A stretch of 64,000 bases of DNA from Mobula hypostoma (Eukaryota), in the NCBI RefSeq assembly GCF_963921235.1, contig NC_086097.1, positions 162,876,001 through 162,940,000 on the forward strand, written 5' to 3'. A program made the translations under genes and the position numbers. The notes beneath the pieces were generated by a model. The model ran no database searches and had not been told where the DNA came from. It saw nothing but the letters and a program-made list of their open reading frames with translations. Shown piece by piece: positions 51,415 to 63,864 of the stretch. Each line of letters opens with the position of its first letter. Position 1 is the first letter of the stretch.

Positions 51415-53072
51415 TAGTATCTATCCTGCCTGTCATTTCCTCAGAATTCCAACAGATTTGACCGACAAGATTTTCGCTTAAAGAAACCATGCTGACTCGT
51501 GTGGCGCCTTGTATTCCTAAAAATCTAAATCTAAGCAGTATTTATCCAGCCTGTTATTTCCTCATAGAATTCCAAGAGATTTGTCAGGGAAGATTTTCCT
51601 GTAAAGAAACCATGCTGACTTTGGCCCATTTCCTCATGTGCTTCTATGTACAGCAAAACCTCATCTTTAATAATGGACTCCAACAACTTCCCAATCACTT
51701 AAGTCAGGCTAACTGCCCATAATTTTCTTTCTCCTGCCTCACTCCCTCCTAAGGAGTGGAGTGACATTTTCAATTTTCCAGTTCTCTGGAACTATTCCAG
51801 AATCTATTGATTCTTCAAAGATTATTACTAATGTATTCACAATCTCTTCAGCTATCTCTTTCAGAACCTTGGGGTGTAGTCCATCTGGTCCAGGTGACCT
51901 ACCTACCTTCAGACCTTTCAGCTTCTCTAGCACCTTCTCCTTAGTAGTAGCAAGTCCACTCATTTCTACCCCTTGACACTCGAATTTCTTGCACACTGCT
52001 AGTGTCTTCCATAGTGAAGACTAATGCAAAAGTCTTATCAAGTTTGTCCACCGTTTCTTATTACCCATTATCTCTCCAGTGTAATTTTCCAGTGGCCTGA
52101 CAGCTACTCTCACTTCTCTTTTACTCGTAATATGTTTGAAAAAAAAAACTTCTGACAGTCTCTTTCCTATTACTGGCTAGCTTCCCTTCATATTTTTTTT
52201 TCTCTCCTTATGGCACTTTAAGTTGCCTTCTGTAAGTTTCCCAATCCTCTATCTTCCCACTATTTTTGAGTACATTGTGTGCCCTCTTTTTTTGCTTCTC
52301 ACTAATTTTGACTACATTGTGTGCCCTCTTTTTTTGCCTTTATGCTGACTTTGACCATAAGACCATAAAATTAGGCCATTTGGCCCATTGAGTCTGCTCT
52401 GCCATTTCATCAAGGCTTATCCATTTCCCTCTCAACCTCATTCTCCTGGCTTCACTCCATAACTTTTCACACCCTGACTAATCAAAAACCTATCAACTTC
52501 TGCCTTAAATATAACCAATTACCCGGCCTCCACAGCCACATGTGGCAAAGAAATCTAGATTCACTACCCTCCGGCCAACGTAAATTCTCTTTATCTACTC
52601 ATCTTTGCCTTCCCTTGTCAGCTACAGTTGCCTCATCCTCTCCTTAGAATACTTCCTCATCTCTGGGATGTAATCTATCCTGTACTTTCTAAATAGTCCC
52701 CAGAAACTCCAGACATTGTTGTTCACCTGTCATTCTTGCTAGTGTTTCCTTCCAATCAACTTTGGTCAGCTCTTCTCACATGCCTCTGTAATTCCTTTTT
52801 GCTCTACTATGATATTGATACACCCGGCTTTAGCTTCTCTCTCTCAAACTGTAGGGTGAAATCTTTCACATTGTGATCACTACCTCCCAAAGGTTCCTTT
52901 ACCTTAAGCTCCCTAATCAAATCTGGTTCATCACGCAACACCCAATCCAGTGTTGCCTTTCCCCAAGCAGGCTCAACCACAAGATACTCTAAAAATTCAT
53001 CTCCCTCTTTTGGGATCCAGCACCTACCTGATTTTCCCAATCTACCTTTTCTACCTTCCGTTGTAATTAGTA

Positions 53073-54145
53073 CAGGTGTCCCCCGCTTTTCGAACGTTCG
53101 CTTTTCAAAACCTCACTGTTACAAAAGACCTACATTAGTTCCCTGTTTTCGCTAACAGAAAGTGTTTTCACTGTTACAAAGAAAGGCAGCACACGATAAA
53201 AGGCCGCGCGCGCCCCGAGCAGCCGCTCTCCCCCGGATTCGGAACTGCATTCTCGCCGGCATTGCTTAAACACGTGCCTGTGAGCAGCCGTTTGCAAGAT
53301 GAGCTCTAAAGTATCGGAAAAGCCTAAAAGAGCTCGTAAGGGTGTTACACTTAGCGTATAACTAGACATAATTAAGTGTTTCAATCGTGGAGAACGAAAT
53401 AAGGACAAAGTGAGTTTGCCTAGTGGAAGCTGACGAAGATGATGTTGAAGAGGTTTTGGCATCCCATGACCAAGAACTGATAGATTCACCTCTGATCCGG
53501 GCTGACATTTACGTGCTGGGCGGCACCTAATTAATTAGCATGTTTATTTCGGCTTTTTCTTAAAGATATGCCGTGTGCCTCCCAGCTACCGCTGCACCAC
53601 TGCATGCTTCACGGATCAGTATCAGTCGGCGGCCCGGAGGGTGGGGACACTGCACCACCCAAACTCCGATGACTCAGTCTAACACACCATCATCAGTGTG
53701 CTCGGTAAGCTGTCTTCCTGATTCCCATAAGTGATACTACACTGTACATACATTATTTCTACTTTATATAGGCTGTGTATTTTTATGCGTTATTTGGTAT
53801 GATTTGGCAGCTTCATAGCTTAAAGGTTACTGGAGAGTGTTTTTGCCAACAGCGCTTGCGTGAGATTTTCGCTACGGAGAACAGTGCCGGCAATGATTGT
53901 GGAAAAGTATTTCTACTTTATACAGGCTGTGCATTTATCATATCATTCCTTCTTTTACTATATGTTACTGTTAATTTAGGTTTTATGTGTTATTTGGCAT
54001 GATTTGGTAGGTTATTTTTGGGTCTGCAAATGCTCACAAAATTATCCCATATAAATAAATGGTAATTGCTTCTTTGCTTTACGACATTCCGGCTTACGAA
54101 CCGTTTCATAGGAATGCTCTACCTTCGGATGGCGGGGGAAACCTG
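53073..54145 (+). mobile_element. Second Tigger/pogo derivative, same family as 10258-11800, with a further deletion
   Basis: TA-CAGGTGTCCCCCGC...GCGGGGGAAACCTG-TA; colinear with the first copy. Confidence 0.9.
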
Positions 54146-56389
54146 TATTCCACATCCTTCCTACTATTTGGAAGTCTGTATATAAATAACTCCCTTCAGG
54201 GTCTTTTTACCCTTGCAATTTCTTAACTTTAGCCACAAGGATTCTATGTCTTCCGAATCCATGTCATCTCTAAGGATTTAATTTCCTTGTTTACCACCAG
54301 AGCCACCCCACTTCCTCTGCCTACCTGCCTGTTCTTTCAATATAACGTGTATCCTTGGATGTTATAATCCCAACTATGATCTTCTTTCATCCACAATTTG
54401 CTGATGCACACAACGACGTACCTTCTAATTTGTAACTGCGCTATAATATCATCTACCTTATCTTGTATACTATGGCCATTCAAGTATATCACCTTCAGTC
54501 TTGTATCCATTACCCTTTGTGATTTTGCTCATATGTTGCATTTCAACTCATCACACTGACTGAAATTTTAGTCAGGCCTTCATCACAGTTTCACTACACA
54601 CTTAACCTACTTGTTTACCAACTGCCCCATCCTCAGCCCTATTACTCCAGTTCCCATCCCCCTGCCAGTTTGATTTAAACCCTCCCTAACTGCTCTAGCA
54701 AACCTGCCCACAAGGTTATTGATCCCCTTCAGGTTCAGGTGTAACCCATCCTTTTTCTATAGTTCATAACTCTCCCAGAAGAGATCCCAATGATCCAGAA
54801 ATCTGAAATCCTGCCCACTGCACCAATTCCTCAGCCATCCACTCACTTGCCCAATCATTCTATTATTACCCTCACTGGCATGTTACACAGGCAGCAATTC
54901 AGAGATTACTACCTTGGAGGCCCTGCTTTTCAGCTTTCTACCCAAATCACTATATTCTCTATTCAGGAGCTCCTCCCAATTCCTACTTATGTAGTTGGTA
55001 CTAGTATGCACCACAACTTCTGGCTTCAACTTCTCCTGATGGACCTGATCTGAGAGATCCCTGACCCTGGCACCTGGGAGGCAAATTACCATCCGGGTTT
55101 CTTTTTCATATCCACAAAATCTCCTCTCTGCTCCTCTAAGTGTGGAATCCCCTATCAGTACTATACTGCTCTTCGCACTCCCTCTCTTCTGAGCCACAGA
55201 GCCAGACTCAATGTCAGAGACTTGCTCACTGTGGCTTCTCCCTGGTAGGTTGCTACCTCATCCCCCATCTTCCCCCCACCCCTCAACAGTATCCAAAGAG
55301 GTACACCCATTCCCCTGCGAAATGAGTAAAGCTGCAGCTCGATGCACTTCGTGTAGATGTAGTTATCAGGGTGATTGGAGGTGTCCCAAAGTTCCTACAT
55401 CTCATACAAAAAACCTACCACTAGCTTTGGACCCATTCTCAATGCACTAGCTATGTAGTAGTAGACAAAGAAAGAGAAATAAATAAAGAAAAAACTTAAT
55501 AGAAACTTAATTGGAACCTTTGCCTGCGCTTGCCTAATCTTGTCGCGCCAAAGCCTCCCACTCTAACATTTGCCCACTCACACCCATCTTCTTTTTATTG
55601 GCTCAAATAAAACTCACTCCTGACGAGACTTGTTCTTTTCAAATGGCTCCAGCCTTGCAACAATCTCTCTCTCTCTCTCCCTCCGCCCCCTCCCCTCCAC
55701 TCACTACTTCAAATCATGACAGTGATGTGATGTAAGATCATTGGGGAGAGACTTTGATGGCCTGGTGCCAGAAGCTTGGTGGGTGTGAGGAGAAAGGGAG
55801 AAACCTGGCGTGATGCAGTGATGGATAGTTCAGTGCAGGTCTGGGGAGGTCAACAGAAATATATCAAAGGACTGAAGTGATAGATGGTTGGGAAGAAAGA
55901 CATCAGGGCTTGACAAGACGAATCATCAGAAGTTGAGTGAGCTATAAAGTGAAGGGGAATCTATTTGCAGTGCCTGGGGTAGGGGACACAAGAAGTGCAA
56001 AATTATGGAAGGGGCCTATCTGATTTAGCTTCCAGTTTGGCCTTGTATTAGGAAGACTAGATTGTTATGGAAGTGTCTAAAGACAGTCACTTCATGATGA
56101 ATACAGTTCCTGTATCCTTTAATGCTCCAATTTCTGGGCACTGAGGCATTTTGTCAAAACAGAGGTCTCCTATCCAATGACTCATTAGGAAGGGTGTAAT
56201 GTCGTTTGCTATGGCAAACAAAATTGAACTTGGATTTGATATTTCTTATGATGGCACCCTCTGGCCATTCCCATTGCCTAGGCTCCCAAATGGCTATTGG
56301 AGAATGGGACCAGGGTCCTTCCCTCTGTGTAATTCAGAAATGCGGACAAATATCCTGGTCAGTAATACCTGGAATAGACGCAAGGGAGT

Positions 56390-56565
56390 GCAGATGCAAA
56401 AAAACAAGGTGCTGGAGTAACTCTTTGGGGTCAGGCAGCACCTATGGAGGGAAATAAACACTTGATGGTTCATGGAGCCCTCATGAAGAATCTCGTCCTG
56501 AAACATCGACTGTTCGTTTCCTTCCACAGATGCTGTCTGATTTAATAAGGTCTGGAATATTGTGT
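56390..56565. repeat. Degenerate inverted Penelope-like terminal repeat pair
   Basis: gtcaggcagcacctatggagggaaataaaca ... tgttcgtttccttccacagatgctgtctga around tcatgaagaatctcgtcctgaaacatcgact. Confidence 0.6.
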
Positions 56566-57318
56566 TCACTCCTGGGCACCAACGTTTCAGAAAGGCAAAT
56601 AACCTTTGAATTGGTTAAAGTATGAGGCAAAATTACAAAAATGAGAGGTGGAAAAGAATTATATGAATGAAGCTTTCAAGATATTTGAAGGGAATACATT
56701 GGGTACAAAGGGGGAAATGATTTTGAATGGGTGATGGGTTTACTTCTATGTTCCTACATAACATTCCTCAGTGTTACTCAGCTCCTAGAGCATCTTCAGT
56801 GTTAGCATCTTCCAGGGAGAAAAATAAAGGGAAGTGGTCCAGTAACCCACGGCAGTTACTTTTTTGCTATTTGACTTGTAATAGAAAGCAACTACCCTAA
56901 AACAGAAGAAGCACAGAGTATTCCAGCTCTGATCAGCATCAATACACTTTGGCCAGACGTAGATATAATCACCAACCGCCTAAGAAATTGGGAACAGGAA
57001 AGAAATATCAAGAGGGGAGACAGCCAATGATAATAAAGAATTTCACTGCATCACTAACTGCAAGAATGATATTTGGGAAAACAGCTTGCATAACCACTGA
57101 GCATCAGTTCTACTTCCTGTTAAAAGAGTAATGTAGCCTGAATAAATACTCAAAATGCCTACATTTGAGAATTGTGTAAATCCTGCCTTTCCTCAGTAAC
57201 AAAGGTTAAATAAACTGTTTATTAACAAACTGGAAGGGATTTCCAAAATCATATTTGCTTTAGGGCTAACTTTTCACACTCATCACAATGAATGCATCCA
57301 TCTCTAAAAGCCACCTAC

Positions 57319-57438
57319 TTGACATTTGCCTGTATCAAGGTCACAGGCAGAACTGTGGTTGTGACACTGGCATGGGACACACAGAGGAGGGTGAGGGCCA
57401 TTTGTCATCTTCTGTCTGTAAAATCCTGGAGCACATTC
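57319..57438 (-). CDS. LAMA1: LAMA1 exon, 120 nt: ECAPGFYRQKMTNGPHPPLCVPCQCHNHSSACDLDTGKCQ
   Basis: Polypyrimidine tract plus gaag acceptor, donor gtaggt; LE cysteine pattern; phase 0 to 0. Confidence 0.93.
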
Positions 57439-57944
57439 CTTCGAGAGAGAAAAAAAGAGAAACCATTATATACAGATTTACTAACAAGTGACAGGATATG
57501 ATTTAAACTCATTCTATCTAGCTGGGGAAATTGAGGGGATGGATTGTTTGCTTTACACTAACTTCACTAGAGGGTTGCTTAAGTGTATCACAAAGGCAAA
57601 ATACTGAGAATGCTGTAAATACGCTGCGTCAGTAGAAACCTTAGGTCACAATATGAAAGTTGCAGAAAATTAGCAAATAATGAGCTGTTACTTTTTATTG
57701 TTCATAACTCTAACAAGGTAGCCCATTACCACTCTAGCTGCAGTACCATTAGAATTATGATAAATAAACCACCATCAATTTAATGGCATAAAATTAACAC
57801 TTCATCTTTCTAATGGCAATAAAGAGCTGACACCCATTTCTTTGTAAGCAGAGCTCCATTCATTTCCTGTCTACTACCTACATCCTTGGTATGATCAGAG
57901 AATGCTGAAGAACTGGAGGAACTAAATTATACTGCCAGTTATAC

Positions 57945-58545
57945 AGAGTCATACAGCACAGAAACAGACCCTTCAGCTTAAATCGTCCATGCCGACCAAC
58001 ATGCCAGTCCATGCTAATTCCACTTGCATGCATGATCCCTCAACTTCTCCTGTTCACATACCTGTCCAGATGTTTTTTGAATATTGTATTTGTACATGTC
58101 TCTTCCACCTCCTCTAGCATCCCATTCCACATGCCCAATACTCTCTGTGTAAAAAAACTTGTTCTTTCGATCACCTTTAAAGCTTCCTTTCATGCCACAG
58201 ATCTACGCCTTCTATTTTTAAACTCTCTCCAACCCTGGGAAAAAGTGACTATATAGCCTGTCCATGCCACTCATAATTTTATTACCCTTAAGAACAGGGG
58301 TTCACAATCTTTTTTATGCCATGGATCAATACCACTAAGCAAGGAGTCTGTGGAACTCAGGTTGGGAGCCCCTGCTCTAGAAGGTCACGCATCACCCCAC
58401 TTCATTCCAGGAAAACAGACTCAACCAATCCAGTCTCTCCTTAGAACTCAGTCCCTGTAGTCCAAAGAACATTCTTCTGAATCTTTTTAGCATCCTTTCT
58501 GGGTTAATCACATCTTTCCTGTACTGTGGCACCCAGAATTGCACT
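57945..58545 (-). mobile_element. Old CR1 3' fragment
   Basis: agagtcatacagcacagaaacagacccttcagc tail; parallels 1680-2210. Confidence 0.75.
58295..58374. mobile_element. hAT MITE, same family as 27339-27415, opposite orientation
   Basis: CAGGGGTT...AGCCCCTG; flanks CTTAAGAA and CTCTAGAA (6/8 match). Confidence 0.75.
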
Positions 58546-58549
58546 CATT

Positions 58550-59830
58550 GCAGTTGTTGAGGATAAAAATAGAACCTATTATTAAGGAGGTGGCAACAGG
58601 ACATTTGGATAATAAAGAGAGTATTGGGCAGAGCCAATGTGGAATTATGGAAGAGAGGCTATGTTTGACAGATTTCTTTTTCTTAGGTTAAATCAAGTTC
58701 AAGTTCAAGATTATTGTCATTCAACCGTACACATGCATACAGCTAAACAAAACCATGTTCCTTAGGGGCCAAGGTGCAAACCACAGTACATATATCACAT
58801 GCAGAACATAAAATAATATTAACAGAATAATATTAACAGATAAAAAGGTACTCTGTAGATGTACAAGCTGATGTAAAGTGCACATACGACACAGTTAAAA
58901 CATACAGCAGTTTAACGCTTCTAGTGCTGTCATAAATAATGTGTACTGGGTGGCAGCAGTGTGTTCAAATGTCTCACAGCCTAACAGAGCTCGTTGTTAT
59001 ACTGAGGTACCTTCTGCCTGATGGTAGGAGCCCAAAGAGATTGTGGGATGGATGGGAGAGGTCCTTGACATTGCTGAGAGCAAAATCTGTTGCAAGGTCT
59101 TGTAGTCAGATGCCTTGCAATTCCGTTACCAGATGAAAGAGAATAGATGAGGATGAACCATGGATGTGACGTAGCTTACCTTTCGCTTTCAATGAGTGGC
59201 ACAGAAGAGAATATTAAACAAAATCAGAGCACGTAGGATTGTGGGGTAACAGACTGGTGTGGATTGAGGGTTGACTAATGGACTGAATGTAAATTAATAT
59301 GTATTTACTTTTGGTCTGGGGCGGGAGAAGACAAGCATAATGTATCTAACTTTGCTGGTGAAACAAAGCAAAATGGCAACATGGGCTGAGAAGAGGATGC
59401 AAATCGGGTTCAGGTAGGTGGAGACAAGTGAATAGGCAGATGGAATTTAATGTAGAAAACTGTGAAATCATCCACTTCAACAATAAAGATAGAAAAGCAG
59501 AGCATTTTCCAAATAGCAGGAGATTGGAAGATATTAAGTGTTCAGAGGAATGTGAATAGCCTCTTATACTAATCACTGAAAATTAACATACACATACAGA
59601 AAGCATCATGAAGGCAAATGGGATGTCAGTCTTTAACTGCACAATGATTTGTGCACAAGAGCAAAGATGGCTAGCTGTCATTATATCTGCTCTGGTGAGA
59701 AAGCACCTGGAAAGTGTGTACTGGTCTTGTCTGTCAACCCAAGGAAAGACATGCTCATAATAGAAGAAGCATGGAGGTTCATCAGATTAATTTGTGGGAT
59801 AGAGCTGATTGTCCACTTAGCAGAGATTAA
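58550..59830 (+). mobile_element. Highly decayed CR1 RT fragments interrupted by a minus-strand Rex-type 3' fragment (~58690-59080)
   Basis: cagagccaatgtggaattatggaagagaggctatgtttgac and ggcagatggaatttaatgtagaaaactgtgaa; aagttcaagttcaag tail at ~58695. Confidence 0.6.
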
Positions 59831-59968
59831 GCAGACTGAGCTTATACTTTTGCAGTATGGACAAGCCATTGAAAGTGTCATTGGTCTAATTGAATATCAG
59901 CTGGGCCAAATGGCTTATTTCTACTTCTAATCCTTATATTCATATATAAAGTGCAGAGTGATCGATAC

Positions 59969-60089
59969 CTGGCACGAGAGACCTGCATATCCTGAAGGAC
60001 AGTCACAGATCTCAATCTGACTTGCATTTTCCCTAACAGCAAAAGTTTCATCTTTCTCCATTGCAATGTCCATTGAGATATTAGAAATT
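59969..60089 (-). CDS. LAMA1: LAMA1 exon, 121 nt: ISNISMDIAMEKDETFAVRENASQIEICDCPSGYAGLSCQ
   Basis: Acceptor cattttcccag, donor gtatcg; phase 2 to 0; L4b/LE junction. Confidence 0.93.
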
Positions 60090-60857
60090 CTGGGAAAATG
60101 AAAAAAAAAACATATTTTAACTAAGTTTACTTCCACTCATATGATATTACAAGGTAATGCTCATTGCTTTATTAAATAAAGATACCAAATTCTTCGAATG
60201 GTTTTGAGTGAACATTATAGTGGAGATGCCCAGGTAAGGTTTATCTACAAGATGCACAAGACACAAGAACTACAAAAGAAATGTGTGTATTCTGCAAGAG
60301 TTTCTAATATCTGAGCTTTTGTCATATCATATCATTATTTTCAATAACCGTATTATAATCTACCTTATTATGGCCTTGAACTTCTTGGTCTACCTGCACT
60401 ACATTTTCTTTGTAACTGTAACACTTTATTCTACATTTTGTTATTGTTTTACCTTGTACTACCTCAATGCACTGTTGTAACAAAATAATCTGTGTGGATG
60501 GCCTGCAAGGCAGGGTTTTCATCATACCTTGATATGAGTGAACATATTAAATGAATAAACTAATAATAAGCCAGTTCTGAATTATGAAGCCCATTTCTCC
60601 AGGTAATTGATAATAAGTATTAAGCAGACTGGAATTGATTTGGCTGTTGTTGATCAAACAGTAACAGTAATTGCTGCTGCCTTGAGACCTTCCTATCTGC
60701 TGCACCCATAAACGCACCACCCCATATCCTGGTGAACTTACCTTGTTGGCCGGATGGTTGTCCCAGTTTCCTGTACCAAGCGATGTGCTTGATAACGAAC
60801 AGCTCACCTGCCAATATTGCCAGGAGTTGTCTGGAGGGGCTCCAGCTGATCAATATA

Positions 60858-61011
60858 CAGGTCGACCTTCACTAATCTGACTACCTGTAATCCGGTTCCT
60901 TCGATAATCTGGCACTGATTATGCTTAATGTGATCCTTCTGTAATTCGGCATTTTCACGAATCCGGCACTCCTCAGGTCCCAATGGTGCCAGATTAGTGA
61001 AGGTTGACCTG
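60858..61011. mobile_element. Tc1/mariner-superfamily MITE, 154 bp
   Basis: 22-bp TIRs CAGGTCGACCTTCACTAATCTG and CAGATTAGTGAAGGTTGACCTG (1 mismatch); TA TSD. Confidence 0.88.
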
Positions 61012-61149
61012 TATATACTTCTCATCGATAGAGATGAGGAATCTGGGCAATCTCCTTACCATTGCAGCAGGAAAGACATAGATAACAAGTAGAAAATCAA
61101 CTGTCCTGAATTCCCAGGACTGCAAGCATGATTTTGAAGCTGAAATCTC

Positions 61150-61830
61150 TTTGTTTACATGATATTGGGTTTTGCTTTGTAGGATGTCTTGCTAACTCTG
61201 CCAGAATTGACATCCAACCTCTCCCGGAATTGTTTCTTGGGTCTTGAAATAGCCCTTCGCAAGTCATACCTGGTTTTCTTATACAGACCTGGATCACCAG
61301 ACTTAAATGCCACAGACCTAACCCTCAGCAGACTATGAACCTCCTGGTATATCCACAGCTTTTGGTTTGGGAATGTACAGTAAGTCATCCCCACAGGATT
61401 CAATAAAGTTCATGACAAGTGTGGCATACTTATTCAGGCTCGAAGATGACTCCCTGAACACAGTCCAGTCCATTGATTCAAAGCAGTCCTATAAGTGCTC
61501 CTGCCTCCCTGGTCCACCCCTTCTTGGTCCTCACTACTGGTGCTGCAGTCTTCAGTCTCCTCTCATACTCAGGGAGTAGAAGTACAGCCAGGTGATCAGA
61601 CTTACCAAAGGCTGGGCATCTAATGGCACGGTAGGCACTCTTGAACTTAGTGTAACAGCGGTCCAGTGTGTTATTTCCTCTGGCACTACAGGTGATTCGT
61701 TGATAATAATTAATTAGTGACTTTATCAAGCTGGCCTGGTTAAAATCCCCTAAAATGATGGGGAAGTCGTCAGGATGTGCTGTTTCATGCCTCCTGAAGG
61801 ACACAGCTGGATGCACACTAAGTGTTCCTT
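61150..61830 (-). mobile_element. Rex1/Babar endonuclease-region fragment
   Basis: HPDDFPIILGDFNQA...ARGNNTLDRCY...FGKSDHL (61478..61855). Confidence 0.85.
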
Positions 61831-61889
61831 CATAGTCTTCTGCTGCTGTAACCAATCCACTTCAAGGTTTGATGTGTAGTGCATTCTGA

Positions 61890-62320
61890 GCTTCTTTTCA
61901 AAGTTCAAAGTTTGTATACCATACGCAACCTTGAGATTAGGCTCCTTACAGGCAGTCACAAAACGAAGAAACCCAATAAAATCCATTAAAAATAGAGGCT
62001 GTCATACATCTAATATGCAGGAAAAAAACCAAATCATATCAACAATAAAAGCAAGCAAATAACATTCAGACATGAAGTTCACAAAAGTGACTCTACAGCC
62101 ACGAAGCCAGTCACAGCAGGTCCAGGAGTCCATTTGTTGCAGGCCACAGCTTCAATTCAGCGCAGGGATAAGTAAACCTCATGGAGCAATGAGCTGAACA
62201 TCTCCTCCGGCCCTGACACCCCGACCTTTGCAATCAGGCCCGGCACTTAAAATGGCCAAACAGCGGGTCTTTCCTTGCTCTCAGACCTGGACCTGCCACT
62301 TCGATAAACTCTCATTCGAT
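61890..62320 (-). repeat. Unclassified retroposon 3' fragment with (TTTGAAC)-type tail
   Basis: ttcaaagttcaaagttt start; resembles the 3' UTR at 22010-22200. Confidence 0.5.
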
Positions 62321-62744
62321 GTATTCAGCTCAGTTTGATGTATGCATTTGTTATGAAATATCAACGCCACCAAAGGTTTCGAACTGGCCATTTGTCCTGG
62401 CCAAAATGGTAGAATTAGTGAACATTGTTATTATTTTACAACAAGTCCAACACTGTGATCTGCAAGCAGTGGTAATTGCTGCTCCCTTGGTCTTATTCAA
62501 GTCATGCAATTCGAATTTCAAATCCTTTCTCTGTGACTTTTGATCCAGCTGTTGGAATGACAAATTAATGTTTAATTGATTCTCTTCCTTGGTGACACAG
62601 AGGGAAGAAAGAGTTCCAGATGATGCACATAATCACCTTTTTTATAAAGACATGTGATGCTTCTACTTTTCTAAGAACAATAATCACCTTGGCAAAAACC
62701 ATTAAATCCCCACACTTATAATCGACTCTGGCTCCACTGCTCAC

Positions 62745-62872
62745 CTGCTTTGCTGGAGTCCATTGCCGTAGGAAGCCTTAACCAGGAGGTATTCAATGTT
62801 GCTGAGCACAGACATGAAGTCAGTGCGTGAGACATGTTTGTCAGATGATGAATTGAAATATTTCCATTCATG
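62745..62872 (-). CDS. LAMA1: LAMA1 exon, 128 nt, L4b domain: HEWKYFNSSSDKHVSRTDFMSVLSNIEYLLVKASYGNGLQQS(R)
   Basis: Acceptor ttttggcag, donor gtgagc; phase 0 to 2. This frame is not in the ORF track. Confidence 0.93.
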
Positions 62873-63039
62873 CTGCCAAAATAAAAAAGAGATTGCAGTT
62901 GATCAAAACTGTTAGCAAAAGGGAACTGGGTAGTGTTTAGCTGGTTGCATTTTGGTTTGTGAGGCAGGTGGTTCAAATAGCTGAGTTCTGGTGATACATT
63001 GATGTAGCTCTTCGAGGTGCAACCTCAAAGCACCTGAAA

Positions 63040-63230
63040 ACAGTGTTCAATCCTGACCTCAAGTGCCAACTGTGTGGAGTTTCCATGTTCTCCCTATGAC
63101 CACAAGTCTCCTCTGGATGAGCCAGCTTCCTCTCACATTGCAAAGACTTGCGGGTTTGCAAGTTAATTGGCTTTGGCTGACGGAAAATTGCCCTGGTATG
63201 AGGTAGTCAATGAGAATGTGGGGACTCGAG
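63040..63230 (+). mobile_element. V-SINE fragment
   Basis: tgtgtggagtttccatgttctccctatgaccacaagtctcctctggatgagccagcttcctctcaca. Confidence 0.7.
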
Positions 63231-63254
63231 AAATCTTGGTTGATGACACAAAGA

Positions 63255-63545
63255 TCATCAGAGCTTCTGTCATTCAGATGAAGGCAGAATCCAAGTCTCA
63301 TCTGTCCTCTGAGGTGGAGAAAAGACCCAGAGCACTCTTTCAATAAAAGGCAAGCAATGGATACCTCATAACCTGGCCATTTCATATCGCTCAGTTAACA
63401 CCACTAAAATACCGATACTATCATGCTGCTGTTGGTGAGAGTTTGCCACGTGCAAATTAGCTGAACGTTAGAACTGAGGCGGTACAACACAAAGCAACTT
63501 GGGATGTTCAGATAGGGATGTGATTGGTGCTACTTAAATACAATA
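63255..63545 (+). mobile_element. Possible ancient DeuSINE (SacSINE1/AmnSINE1-like) remnant
   Basis: gctgttggtgagagtttgccacgtgcaaattagctg and aaagcaacttgggatgttc resemble the Deu-domain and its tail as I recall them. Confidence 0.4.
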
Positions 63546-63864
63546 TTAAGCATGATCCAACCAATTTCTGAAGAGCTTTAATTTGAAAGAGGCAGCCTAT
63601 ATTTTTGAAGATTGCCCTGTTGGGATCATCTTTGACCCACTGACTTCACCTATTTTCAGGAGCTTGACGTTTTTGAAAACTGCCTTATAAAGCTGAGTTT
63701 TACATTTCTTGCTTTGGGCAAGGTGGTGGAAGGAGGGGTGGGGAGATATCATGCACCTCATGGTTTTCCTCACCATTATAACAGTGCCATCATGGCAACC
63801 CCAATCAAAGGTTATTTCTCATTCAAATTGAAGGCCAAACATGTCATAATTCAGAAGAGTGAGG

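Larger units (their letters stand above)
50470..55560 (-). mobile_element. Old fragmented CR1 LINE with nested insertions
   Basis: ORF1 LIGDSTLRG...ICLPGARV (54883..55197); endonuclease LGGSDHN (52807..53040); SPGPDGLHPKVLKE (51739..51996); C-terminus (50813..51118). May be a composite of more than one copy. Confidence 0.85.
595..62872 (-). other. LAMA1: Laminin subunit alpha-1 gene, internal part (13 exons; gene extends beyond both window ends)
   Basis: The spliced exons give one uninterrupted frame (593 codons + 2 nt). Peptides such as KASYGNGLQQSRISNISM, SFSPTCVLEG, CDDECTGLLL and RRHIDKLVMEMTQRSVLSLVYRAEDHA match human LAMA1 as I recall it. Exon sizes resemble human exons ~27-39 (from memory). 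Confidence 0.93.

Noticed and set aside
1678..58545. Apparent sense-strand bias of CR1 copies relative to LAMA1
   Set aside because: There are too few independent copies, and several plus-strand CR1 fragments exist.
60620..61062. Hidden ORF or retrogene interrupted by the 154-bp MITE
   Set aside because: Removing the MITE and one TA gives MVRRLPRFLISIDEKYIY followed by a stop. No frame resembles a protein I recognise.
595..62872. LAMA2 or another laminin alpha paralog
   Set aside because: Diagnostic peptides (GLQQSRIS, FSPTCVLEG, HID.LVM.M.QR, VYRAEDHA) fit LAMA1 better. A phylogeny would confirm this.
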